64,000 nucleotides of DNA from an uncultured Muribaculaceae bacterium. GTDB taxonomy: Bacteria > Bacillota_I > Bacilli_A > RF39 > UBA660. Positions 1 to 9,163 of this stretch are shown here, one piece after another (positions within the stretch are counted from its first letter, which is position 1; each line of letters starts with the position of its first letter). The position numbers and the translations under genes were made by a program. Location: positions 1,646 to 65,645 of the forward strand of contig CAZBOZ010000003.1 in the NCBI GenBank assembly GCA_964493665.1, written 5' to 3'. The notes below the pieces were generated by a model. That model worked only from the letters and a program-made list of their open reading frames with translations, made no database searches and was not told the origin of the DNA.

Positions 1-1198
1 TTTCATAACCTCTTAAAATATGTTCTGCATCATCTATTATAGTTGTCCCTTCAGCTATAAGTCCAGCAATTATTAAAGCTGCTCCGGCTCTTAAATCAGT
101 TGATTTAACTTCACAGCCAGTTAGATTTGTTTTTCCGTGAATAATTATATTAGGCATCTTGTTTTCAATTTTAGCACCCATATTATTTAAATATTCAATA
201 TGTCCAACTCTGTTTTCAAATATTGTTTCTTCAAAAAGCGAAATGCCATCACATTGAGTAAGTAAAGCCGTGATTGGCTGGCCCAAATCAGTAGGAAATC
301 CAGGATATATTAGTGATTTTATGTTTATTGGTTTTAAATTTTCGCATTTATTCATAACAATAGAATTTTCATATATTTCCATTTGAACTCCCATTTCTTT
401 TAACTTAGAAGTTAATGATTCAATATGGAAGGGAATTACATCAGATATTTTTAATTTTTCTCCCAAAAGGGCTCCAATTATAACATATGTTCCTGCTTCT
501 ATTCTATCTGGAATAACATCAATTAATCCTTTTGTTAGTTTGTCTACCCCAATTATTTTTATTTCACTGGTTCCAGCCCCAAAAATTTTAGCACCCATAT
601 TATTTAAAAACGTTGCTACATTGACTATTTCTGGCTCTTTAGCAGCATTTGATATATAAGTTTCGCCTTCAGCTTTAGTGGCGGCTAGCATTAAGTTTAT
701 TGTGGCCCCAACACTAGCAAAATCCAAGTATATTCTGACCCCTTTTAATTTCTCGGCAACAATTGTATATCTATCTCCTTCAACATTTATTATAGCTCCC
801 ATTTTTTCAAAACCTTTTAAATGAAGATCTATTGGCCTAGAACCAATTTTACAGCCACCTGGAAAAAACATTTCAACTTTTTTAAATCTACCTAACAATG
901 CGCCCATAAAATAATATGAAGCCCTAAGCTTGGAAGATAGTTTTTCCTCAATTATAGTGTTCAATACTGCCTTGGTGTCTATTATTAAAGATTCGCCCTG
1001 AACGCTACATTGACAATTTAGTTTTTCTAATATTTCAATTAAAGCTTCAGTATCAGAAATTTTTGGCATATTAAAAATACTGGCTCCATCATCACTAAGG
1101 ATTGCCGCTGGTATTAATGCAACAGCACTATTTTTAGCTCCACTTATTTTTATTTCACCAGTTAAGTTTTTTTTACCTTTTATAATTATCTTCTGCAT
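1..1198 (-). CDS. murA: UDP-N-acetylglucosamine 1-carboxyvinyltransferase (MurA), 3-prime end outside window
   Basis: The reverse-strand frame is open from the window edge to the ATG at 1196-1198. My translation starts MQKIIIKGKKNLTGEIKISGAKNSAVALIPAAIL...FFPGGCKIGSRPIDLHLKG, a typical MurA N-terminus and active-site Cys loop. It is absent from the ORF track because it runs off the edge. Confidence 0.85.
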   Translation of the reverse strand, partial: MQKIIIKGKKNLTGEIKISGAKNSAVALIPAAILSDDGASIFNMPKISDTEALIEILEKLNCQCSVQGESLIIDTKAVLNTIIEEKLSSKLRASYYFMGALLGRFKKVEMFFPGGCKIGSRPIDLHLKGFEKMGAIINVEGDRYTIVAEKLKGVRIYLDFASVGATINLMLAATKAEGETYISNAAKEPEIVNVATFLNNMGAKIFGAGTSEIKIIGVDKLTKGLIDVIPDRIEAGTYVIIGALLGEKLKISDVIPFHIESLTSKLKEMGVQMEIYENSIVMNKCENLKPINIKSLIYPGFPTDLGQPITALLTQCDGISLFEETIFENRVGHIEYLNNMGAKIENKMPNIIIHGKTNLTGCEVKSTDLRAGAALIIAGLIAEGTTIIDDAEHILRGYE

Positions 1199-1220
1199 TG
1201 TTACCTTGCCCTCTAATTAA

Positions 1221-1250
1221 ACTATAATATGTTCCATCTGAGATTGTCAA
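1221..1250 (-). promoter_or_regulatory. candidate sigma-A promoter for murA (TTGACA-18-TATAGT on minus strand)
   Basis: Reverse complement of 1245-1250 is TTGACA and of 1221-1226 is TATAGT, with an 18-nt spacer. A GAGGG RBS lies before the ATG. Confidence 0.4.
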
Positions 1251-1267
1251 TTAAAGACATTTCTTAT

Positions 1268-1996
1268 TTACATGTTTTTATTTTTTATAAAAACAAAACG
1301 GTCCTTGCCAGAATAATCTTTTAAGCAGCTAAATTTAGCTTTAGGCATTTCTTTTTTGACTATCTTTTCAATGGCTTGTCTTTGATCAGAGCCAATTTCC
1401 AAAGAAATAATGCCATCTTTATTTAAACTGTTTTTATATAAATTTATTATTTTTTTATAAAAAAACAAACCTTTATCTTTGGCAAATAAAGCTATTTTTG
1501 GCTCATACTTTTTAACTGAAAACATTACCTCTTCCCTTTTTGAAAGATACGGAGGATTGCTAATTATTAAGTCAAAGATTCCCGAGACCTTGTTATTTAT
1601 ATCTTGCTTTAAAAAAGTTATTTCAGCATTAGTATTTTTTTTATTTATATCTGCTACTTTCAATGCTTTAGAAGATTTATCAATAGCTATTATTTCAGCA
1701 TTGGAAAGCTCCTTTTTTAAAGCAATTGATATGCAACCGCTCCCCGTACCTAATTCTAAAATTTTAAGCGGTTTGTTTTTATTTAATAGTTTTAATGTCT
1801 TTTCAACTAACTCTTCTGTTTCAAAACGAGGAATTAAAACATTTTTATTAACCATTATTTCGTAACCAAAAAAATTAACATTACCAATTACGTATTGAAT
1901 TGGATATCCTTTGTTAATTTTTTTTAGATTTTTATTTAGATTTTGCCCACTTACATTTTTTAAAAGTTCATAATCACTTGTTGATATATTAGTCAT
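1268..1996 (-). CDS. prmC: peptide chain release factor N5-glutamine methyltransferase
   Basis: Has the NPPY catalytic motif (IISNPPYLS) and the SAM motif LELGTGSGCI. It overlaps the prfA stop by 8 nt, the classic prfA-prmC pairing. Confidence 0.9.
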   Translation of the reverse strand: MTNISTSDYELLKNVSGQNLNKNLKKINKGYPIQYVIGNVNFFGYEIMVNKNVLIPRFETEELVEKTLKLLNKNKPLKILELGTGSGCISIALKKELSNAEIIAIDKSSKALKVADINKKNTNAEITFLKQDINNKVSGIFDLIISNPPYLSKREEVMFSVKKYEPKIALFAKDKGLFFYKKIINLYKNSLNKDGIISLEIGSDQRQAIEKIVKKEMPKAKFSCLKDYSGKDRFVFIKNKNM

Positions 1997-3053
1997 TTTT
2001 AGCTGTTTCCAAATTTAATTTTTGATTAGCCGCTATAAGAGCCTCTATTAATTCCTCAAGATGTCCTTCCATTATTTTTTCCAAATCCATTGTTGTATAA
2101 TTTATACGATGATCAGTAACTCTATTTTGAGGATAATTATATGTTCTTATTTTTTCAGATCTATCACCAGTACCAATTTTAGATCTTCTTTCGTTTCCTA
2201 TTTGATTTTCCTGCTTTTGAAGTTCATAGTCATAAAGTTTTGTTTTTAGTACTGATAAAGCTCTTTCTTTGTTTTTTAATTGACTTCTTTCGGTTTGGCA
2301 AGTAACAACTATTCCACTAGGAAGATGGGTTAGTCTTACTGCCGAATCACTAGTATTAACGCTTTGACCACCAGCACCACTACTATGGAAAACATCTACC
2401 TTGATATCCGTTTCTTTTAATTCAATACTAACATCCTCAACTTCAGGCATTACTAAAACCGTGGCCGTTGATGTATGAACTCTTCCTTGAGTTTCAGTTT
2501 CTGGAACTCTTTGAACTCTATGGGCCCCACTTTCGAATTTAAGTTTAGAATAAACATTTTCTCCTTTAACCATAAATTCTATCTGAGAATAACCACCAGC
2601 CGTGCCAAGAACTTCATTCAATATTTCTATTTTCCAATTGTTTTTTTCAAAATATTTAGAATACATCTTAAATAAATCTCCTGCAAAAATATTTGCTTCA
2701 TCTCCACCGGCTGCTCCACGAATTTCCATAATTATGTTTTTATCATCATTTTCATCTTTAGGAAGCAATAGAACTTCTAATTCTTTTTTCAAAGATATTT
2801 CTTTGCTTTTTAATATATCTAACTCTTCGTTAGCAATATCTCTAAGTTCTGGATCATTAACAATATTTTTAGTTTCTTCTATTTGGCAGATAACATTCTT
2901 GTACTCACTATATATTTGAACTAATTTTTCTAAGCTTTTTTGCTCTTTTAAAAGAGTTTTCATTAATTCAAAATTACTAACAACTTCTTCAACCACTAGT
3001 TCTTTAGCAATTTGCTGATATCTTAATGTAATATCATCTAATCTATTAAACAT
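1989..3053 (-). CDS. prfA: peptide chain release factor 1
   Basis: Has the GGQ motif (SGAGGQSVNT) and the RF1-type P-x-T tripeptide (RVPETETQGR). Length 354 aa. Confidence 0.95.
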   Translation of the reverse strand: MFNRLDDITLRYQQIAKELVVEEVVSNFELMKTLLKEQKSLEKLVQIYSEYKNVICQIEETKNIVNDPELRDIANEELDILKSKEISLKKELEVLLLPKDENDDKNIIMEIRGAAGGDEANIFAGDLFKMYSKYFEKNNWKIEILNEVLGTAGGYSQIEFMVKGENVYSKLKFESGAHRVQRVPETETQGRVHTSTATVLVMPEVEDVSIELKETDIKVDVFHSSGAGGQSVNTSDSAVRLTHLPSGIVVTCQTERSQLKNKERALSVLKTKLYDYELQKQENQIGNERRSKIGTGDRSEKIRTYNYPQNRVTDHRINYTTMDLEKIMEGHLEELIEALIAANQKLNLETAKND

Positions 3054-3089
3054 ATTTATACCTTCTTTCTAATTACTTATTAACATAAG

Positions 3090-3509
3090 CTACAAGGCAT
3101 CAACATCTTCATCTTCTGGATCAATTATAACTAAATCTTTATATTCATCTTCTAAATCATCTTCATCTTCATTATCATCAAATGAGATATCTTCGTCTTC
3201 ATCATCTTCGTCACCATCCGGAAGTGGATCATCATCTTCATCATCTATTTCAATTTTTTTACTATGATTTATCCTTAAATCCCAATATCCGTTAGGAAGC
3301 ATTACAAATCTTTTATCAGTAGATAAAAGCTCAAAGAAATCAGCTATTTTATCTTCAAAATCTTTTTCAGTCAATCCCAAAAGATCACATATTCTTTTAA
3401 ATAGAGTTTGGATTTTCATCTTTTTTCCATATGATTTTAATATTGAAAAAGCTATATCATCATAAGCTAGTCTTTCTAATTCTTCTTTAGTTAATGTTTT
3501 TATATTCAT
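3090..3509 (-). CDS. rpoE: DNA-directed RNA polymerase delta subunit
   Basis: The N-terminal HARE-HTH-like region (LAYDDIAFSILKSYGKKMKIQTLFKRICDLLGLTEKDF...YWDLR) is followed by a long D/E-rich tail. This is the Firmicute RpoE architecture. Confidence 0.8.
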   Translation of the reverse strand: MNIKTLTKEELERLAYDDIAFSILKSYGKKMKIQTLFKRICDLLGLTEKDFEDKIADFFELLSTDKRFVMLPNGYWDLRINHSKKIEIDDEDDDPLPDGDEDDEDEDISFDDNEDEDDLEDEYKDLVIIDPEDEDVDAL

Positions 3510-3518
3510 TTTATCCTC

Positions 3519-5129
3519 CTACATTTTCTCTGGTGGGATTACCCCAATTAAATTTAAGGCATTGCCAAGAGTTATTTTTACAGCTTGAATTAAATTTAAA
3601 TTTTCAGCAGTTTCTAATGAATCCTCTGTTAATATGCGATGTTTTGAATAATATATATGAAACAAATTAGCTAGTTCATAAGCATAATTAGCTATTAAAT
3701 GTGGTAATTCTTTATTGGCAGCATCTTTTACTATTTCCGGAAAATAATAAATTTTTTCTAATAATTTGTAAGCATCCTCATTTTTTATATTTTTATATTC
3801 CGTTGTGTTAATTGCCGCTTTTGCTTCTTTTAAAACACTACATATTCTAGCATAAGCATAGCTGATATAAAAGACTGGATTTTCATTACTTTCTTTTTTA
3901 GCTAAATCTAGATCAAAATCCATTTGGGTGTCTAAGCTTTTTGAAATAAAAAAGTACCTGGCGGCGTTAACACCAACTTCATCAAGTAATTGTTTTAAAG
4001 TTACACTATTCCCTGCTCTCTTACTCATTCTATATTCTTGGTCGTCTTTTACTAATCTAACAAGTTGTAAGAGTTTAATGTCTATTTTAGAAATATCATG
4101 TCCTAATGCCTTTAAAGTTGATTTTATTACCGGAACATAGCCATGGTGATCAGCCCCTAGAACATTTATTAGTTTATCATAACCATCTTTCAAGGTGTTT
4201 AAATGATGAGCAATATCAGGAAGCACATAGGTATATTTGCCATCTGATTTTATTAAGACAAAATCACGAGGAGCTCCGAAAGATTTCCCTTTAAACCAAA
4301 CTGCTCCTTCACTTAAATAGGTGCTTTCATCATTTTTAAATTTAGTTAATATTTCTTCTATATAAGGCATTTTTTTAATGGCTTTCTCGCTGGTAAAAAC
4401 ATCATATTTTATTCTATAGTCATTCAAATCTGATATTATTCTGTCTAGTAATTTTTTAGTAGCGTATTCCTCAAAATAATCAAAATCATTACTCACTAAT
4501 TTTTGGCCTTCTTTTTCAAATAACTCATTAGCCAGCTTTTTAATGTCATCCCCAAAGTAACCATCCTTTGGCATTTCAGATGGAATACCACAAACCTCTA
4601 AGTAACGAGTTTTTAAAGATCTCCCTAAGTTAGCGATTTGATTACCAGAATCATTAACATAGTATTCCTTATTAACATCATAGCCATTAAAAGTATATAT
4701 CCGTGCTAAGCTATCTCCATAAGCTCCTCCTCTGGCATTGCCAAAATGAACTATTCCAGTCGGATTTGCGCTAACAAATTCAATATTTACTTTATGACCA
4801 GCACCATTTTCATTTGATCCATATTTATCTTTTTGATTTAAAACTTCATTAATATTTTCTAACAAATAGTTATTATTAACAAAGAAATTAATAAAACCAG
4901 GAGCTTTTACTTCTATTTTTTCTAACTCACTAGATGAAATAATTTCACTAATTTTATTAGCTAAATCCATTGGTTTTTGACTATTTTGGCCAGCTAATTT
5001 TAAAGCTATATTGGTTGTATAGTTACCATTATCAATTGATCCAGGAACGCTAACTACTATTTCCTCTTCACTATTTATAGATAATTTTTCTATGGCCGCT
5101 TTTATAGCTTGTCTGATTTTTTCTTTCAT
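3519..5129 (-). CDS. argS: arginine--tRNA ligase
   Basis: 536 aa. Has a class I HIGH-like motif (VHFGNARGG), a KMSKS-like motif (RMSKRAG) and a C-terminal DALR-type anticodon-binding region. Confidence 0.95.
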   Translation of the reverse strand: MKEKIRQAIKAAIEKLSINSEEEIVVSVPGSIDNGNYTTNIALKLAGQNSQKPMDLANKISEIISSSELEKIEVKAPGFINFFVNNNYLLENINEVLNQKDKYGSNENGAGHKVNIEFVSANPTGIVHFGNARGGAYGDSLARIYTFNGYDVNKEYYVNDSGNQIANLGRSLKTRYLEVCGIPSEMPKDGYFGDDIKKLANELFEKEGQKLVSNDFDYFEEYATKKLLDRIISDLNDYRIKYDVFTSEKAIKKMPYIEEILTKFKNDESTYLSEGAVWFKGKSFGAPRDFVLIKSDGKYTYVLPDIAHHLNTLKDGYDKLINVLGADHHGYVPVIKSTLKALGHDISKIDIKLLQLVRLVKDDQEYRMSKRAGNSVTLKQLLDEVGVNAARYFFISKSLDTQMDFDLDLAKKESNENPVFYISYAYARICSVLKEAKAAINTTEYKNIKNEDAYKLLEKIYYFPEIVKDAANKELPHLIANYAYELANLFHIYYSKHRILTEDSLETAENLNLIQAVKITLGNALNLIGVIPPEKM

Positions 5130-5231
5130 ACATTAATTATCCTTTCCCCTTAAATTTATATCTAATTTATTATATTATTTTAAACATCTATTTGCAATTA
5201 TTCTTATATACTTTAAATTAAAAAATGTCAA

Positions 5232-5258
5232 TAAAAAACTGAATATTTTTTATTCAGT
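5232..5258 (-). terminator. intrinsic terminator after the noc-like gene (stem overlaps the stop codon)
   Basis: Minus strand reads ACTGAATA-AAAAA-TATTCAGT followed by TTTTT. The stop codon at 5250-5252 lies inside the hairpin. Confidence 0.5.
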
Positions 5259-6530
5259 CTTCTTATCTATTTTTATTATTATTTGATATAAATTTTCCAA
5301 GTCTATCTCTTCAGTATCAACTAATAAGCCTTTTTCTTCAATAATCTTTACTGTATCTCTTAGCATATTAATAGCACTTTTTAATGAAAACTCCTCCATT
5401 TTTTCTTCTTGAGGTTTTGGTGGAATATACGATGGATCTAAAGTTTCTATTTTAGAAACCGGATCAATCACATTGTCCATGCTTAATGGTACCGATGGAA
5501 GATCAAGAATTTCTACTTCTTTTTCCTCTTTAGGCTCTACTACTGGTATAGAACTTGGTCCAGCTATTGGCTTATCAAGAATATTCATATTAGCTTCTTC
5601 ATCCTCTAAAAAGTTAAAAAACTTGTTAGGGGTTGGTGGGGTCGAAGGGTTTGGCATGCCACTTGCAGGAGCACTTGGAATGTCTGGTATGGCATTTAAG
5701 TTTGGCTCTTCAACAACTGCCTCTGAGACATCTGGTATTAATGGTTCCTCTTTTACTATTGGTTGTTCTGGAATAATAGGATTATTTGGCATTTGTCCTT
5801 CCGTTCTAAGCATTTGTTCTATTCCTAAAGTTTCTTTTTTAGGAGACAAATCTAATGCCGAATTTTTAATTTGATCAACACTAGGAGTTATTTCGACCAA
5901 AGGGGTATTATCCATTTTTTGGTCGTCTGATATTAAACTTTTTATTTCATCATCAAGTTGCCTAACAGTCCATCTTCCCTCTATTACTTTTCTTAATAAT
6001 TCTTTCTGTTTAGCAAAATCCTGGACTTTTAACATACTTCTAGCATGTCTTTCAGATATTTGTTCTTCTAACAAAGCTTTTTGAACTTCTTCGTCTAAAT
6101 TAAGTAGGCGTAGTCTGTTAGCAATAGTCGGCTGAGAAACCCCTATTCGCTTAGCTAGTTCTTCTTGGGTAACATAACCTCTATCCAGTAAAATCTTATA
6201 AGATTTTGCTTCTTCAATCGGAGTCAAAGACTTTCTTTGAACATTTTCAACTAAAGCAACTTCAGCACTACTGTTATCATCTAAACTAGTAATTATTGCT
6301 GGCACTTTTTGTAAACCTGCCATAATAGCAGCTTTATATCTTCTTTCGCCAGCTATTATTTCATACTTATTTCCGACTCTTCTTAAAACAAGCGGTTGTA
6401 TTATGCCGTGTTCTTTTATAGATGCAGCTAGTTCTTCCATAGCTTGCTCGTCAAATGTTAAACGTGGTTGAAACCTATTAGGAATTATTTCCTCGATTCC
6501 AATCTCCATTAATTGTGGCTCAAAATTCAT
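5250..6530 (-). CDS. noc: ParB/Spo0J/Noc-family DNA-binding protein, Noc-like (nucleoid occlusion), with a long Pro-rich internal linker
   Basis: Has the ParB box IIPNRFQPR, the GERRYKAA arginine patch and the HTH QEELAKRIGVSQPTIANRLRLLNL...ISERHARSML. It sits immediately downstream of rsmG, the noc position in B. subtilis. The PNRFQPR, Q-P-T-I-A-N, ERHAR and C-terminal ...LYQIIIKIDKK features resemble B. subtilis Noc rather than Spo0J, as I recall those sequences. Confidence 0.6.
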   Translation of the reverse strand: MNFEPQLMEIGIEEIIPNRFQPRLTFDEQAMEELAASIKEHGIIQPLVLRRVGNKYEIIAGERRYKAAIMAGLQKVPAIITSLDDNSSAEVALVENVQRKSLTPIEEAKSYKILLDRGYVTQEELAKRIGVSQPTIANRLRLLNLDEEVQKALLEEQISERHARSMLKVQDFAKQKELLRKVIEGRWTVRQLDDEIKSLISDDQKMDNTPLVEITPSVDQIKNSALDLSPKKETLGIEQMLRTEGQMPNNPIIPEQPIVKEEPLIPDVSEAVVEEPNLNAIPDIPSAPASGMPNPSTPPTPNKFFNFLEDEEANMNILDKPIAGPSSIPVVEPKEEKEVEILDLPSVPLSMDNVIDPVSKIETLDPSYIPPKPQEEKMEEFSLKSAINMLRDTVKIIEEKGLLVDTEEIDLENLYQIIIKIDKKTE

Positions 6531-6588
6531 AAATACAGCCCCTTTTTATTTTTATTCATTATAATGATATCTTATTTTATAACCTTTT

Positions 6589-7290
6589 TCAATTACTTTT
6601 TAATATTTCATTGTATTTTCTTGGATATCCTTTCGGTGTTTTAGCTCTTTTTTCAATAATTATTAAAGAACGATCATGATCTAAAATTGGAAGTTTATAC
6701 TTTATAACATCAATTGCTTTACCATTTAATAAATTGATTGTTTTCTCACTATTTTGAAGTTCTTCCCCTACTTTACCTTTCATCGCAATAAATAGCCCTT
6801 TTTCTTTTACTAATGGTAAAGATAATTCAGTTAGTATTCTTAAATCCGCTACCGCTCTTGATATAACTAATTCGAATCGATCAACGTTTTTTATAGCAAA
6901 GTCCTCGGCCCTTTCGTTTATGATTTCTACATTAGAAAGGTTCAATTCTTTTGTTATTACTTTTAAAAATTCACATTTTTTAGAATTAGATTCTATTAAA
7001 TATAAATGAAGATCAGGATTAAATATTTTTAACACTAATCCAGGAAACCCTGCCCCTGTACCAATATCTACCAATTCTCGATAATCACTTATATTAAAAT
7101 AATTGCACGGCAGAAGAGAATCACAAAAATGTTTCAAATATATTTCTTTGGTTCCTTCTATGGAAGTTAAATTAAACTTTTTGTTGTATTCTTGTAATAA
7201 AACAACATATTTTTTTAAATCTTCTAGCATTTTTTCAGTACAAGGTATATTGCTAGCTTCTAAAAATTTAATAAATTCTTTTTCAGTCAT
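6589..7290 (-). CDS. rsmG: 16S rRNA (guanine527-N7)-methyltransferase
   Basis: SAM motif DIGTGAGFPGL, 233 aa. Sits in the conserved mnmE-mnmG-rsmG order. Confidence 0.9.
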   Translation of the reverse strand: MTEKEFIKFLEASNIPCTEKMLEDLKKYVVLLQEYNKKFNLTSIEGTKEIYLKHFCDSLLPCNYFNISDYRELVDIGTGAGFPGLVLKIFNPDLHLYLIESNSKKCEFLKVITKELNLSNVEIINERAEDFAIKNVDRFELVISRAVADLRILTELSLPLVKEKGLFIAMKGKVGEELQNSEKTINLLNGKAIDVIKYKLPILDHDRSLIIIEKRAKTPKGYPRKYNEILKSN

Positions 7291-9163
7291 TTTGGGGATA
7301 TTCCTTTCTTAAATAAACTGCTAAAATAGCTATATCACTTGGGTTAACACCACTAATTCTTGAAGCCTGACCTATTGATCTAGGCTTTACTAAATTAAGC
7401 TTTTGCCTAGCTTCGTTAGCTAGGTTTTTCACTTTATTATAATCTAAATTAAGAGGGATAATTTTTTCTTCAGCTTTCAGCATTCTTTCAGCTTCTTTGT
7501 AAGACTTTTCTATATAGCCAGAATATTTTATGCTTATTTCAACCTCTTCCAGTACTTCTTTATCGCTGGGAAGATCTAAAAGCTCGGCTAAAAAATAAAT
7601 ATTTATTTCTGGCCTTTTTAAAAGTTCGGAATATTTTAAACCAGATTTTGGACACGATATATTTTGCATTTTAAACTTTTCGATGTTTTTGGCTGTTAAA
7701 TTCAACCTATTATTATTTAATAAAGCTATTGTAGCATTTATTAGATTTTGCTTTTCTAAAAACTTATCATAAACAGCCGCCGAAACAAGTCCTACTCTGT
7801 AGCCTTTTTCTCTAAGTCTTAAATCAGCATTATCATGGCGAAGAAGAAGTCTAAATTCGGCTCTTGAAGTAAGTAATCGATAAGGTTCTTTAGTTCCCTT
7901 AGTTACTAAATCATCAATTAAAACTCCTATATAAGCCTCATTCCTTTTTAAAATTAAAGGTTCCTTTTTTTCTAATTTTAATGCAGCATTAATACCAGCA
8001 ATTAAGCCCTGAGCTGCTGCTTCTTCGTAGCCACTAGTGCCATTTATTTGACCAGCAGTGTATAATCCTTTGACTAGTTTTGTCTCCAAAGAAGCATTAA
8101 CTTGTAATGGATTTATAGCATCATACTCTATTGCATAAGCGTATTTAGTTATCTTGGCGTTTTCAAGGCCTGGCAAGCTATGAACCATCTTTTCTTGAAT
8201 ATCATGAGGCATACTAGTAGAGAATCCTTGTAAATACCAATCGTCATAATAATTGCTTTCCGGTTCCAAAAAAAGTTGGTGCCTTTCTTTATCGCTAAAT
8301 CTAACTATTTTATCTTCAATAGACGGACAATATCTTGGCCCTACTCCTTCAACGTAGCCACCATACATACTAGATTTGGATAAATTATTATTTATTAATT
8401 CATGAGTTTCTTTTGTTGTATATATTAAATAGCATTTTCTTTGCTCTTCTATTTTATAAAATAGTAAATTATCATGGCTAAAAGTATAATACTCTTTATC
8501 ACCGTATTCTTCTTTCATTTTACTAAAGTCTATAGAAGAATCGGCTATTCTTTGAGGAGTTCCAGTTTTAAGCCTTTGAATTTCAAATCCCAATTCTTTT
8601 AAATTGGCACTTAAAAATGGCGAAGTTTTCTCGCCGTGAGGACCACCAGAAACTTTCTTGTCCCCAGTTAATATATTTGATCTTAAATAAGTGCCTGTAG
8701 TTAGAATAACTGCTTTACTAAATATTTTTCTTTCACTATCGACGATAACGCCTTTAATAAAATTGTCTCCAACAATTAATTCTGTCACCGTTCCTTCTAA
8801 AATATCTAAATTTTTACAATTATTTAAAATCTTAAGCATTTCTTTGGGATAAATGATTTTATCTGCTTGAGCTCTTAAGGATCTCACAGCCAAGCCTTTA
8901 GCAGAATTTAACATTTTTATCTGAAAATGAGATCTATCTGCTACTTTTCCCATTATTCCGCCTAAAGCATCAATTTCTCTAACAACAATTCCTTTAGCTG
9001 TACCACCAATAGAAGGATTACAAGGCATATCAGCAATATTTTTTATATTCATCGTAACTAACAATGTTTTATGTCCTTTGGTGGCAGCGGCATACGCAGC
9101 TTCACAACCAGCATGACCACCACCAACTACTATTGCTTCATATTTTGCTCTCATTTTTTTCAC
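7283..9163 (-). CDS. mnmG: tRNA uridine 5-carboxymethylaminomethyl modification enzyme MnmG (GidA)
   Basis: 626 aa. N-terminal FAD-binding motif VVGGGHAGCEAA and typical GidA length and synteny. Confidence 0.95.
   Translation of the reverse strand: MKKMRAKYEAIVVGGGHAGCEAAYAAATKGHKTLLVTMNIKNIADMPCNPSIGGTAKGIVVREIDALGGIMGKVADRSHFQIKMLNSAKGLAVRSLRAQADKIIYPKEMLKILNNCKNLDILEGTVTELIVGDNFIKGVIVDSERKIFSKAVILTTGTYLRSNILTGDKKVSGGPHGEKTSPFLSANLKELGFEIQRLKTGTPQRIADSSIDFSKMKEEYGDKEYYTFSHDNLLFYKIEEQRKCYLIYTTKETHELINNNLSKSSMYGGYVEGVGPRYCPSIEDKIVRFSDKERHQLFLEPESNYYDDWYLQGFSTSMPHDIQEKMVHSLPGLENAKITKYAYAIEYDAINPLQVNASLETKLVKGLYTAGQINGTSGYEEAAAQGLIAGINAALKLEKKEPLILKRNEAYIGVLIDDLVTKGTKEPYRLLTSRAEFRLLLRHDNADLRLREKGYRVGLVSAAVYDKFLEKQNLINATIALLNNNRLNLTAKNIEKFKMQNISCPKSGLKYSELLKRPEINIYFLAELLDLPSDKEVLEEVEISIKYSGYIEKSYKEAERMLKAEEKIIPLNLDYNKVKNLANEARQKLNLVKPRSIGQASRISGVNPSDIAILAVYLRKEYPQND

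Noticed and set aside
5130-5249. Possible T-box leader upstream of argS
   Set aside because: The spacer is only about 120 nt and is partly occupied by the upstream gene's terminator. That is too short for a T-box (about 200+ nt), and I saw no AGAGA/GNUGGNA-type conserved T-box sequence.
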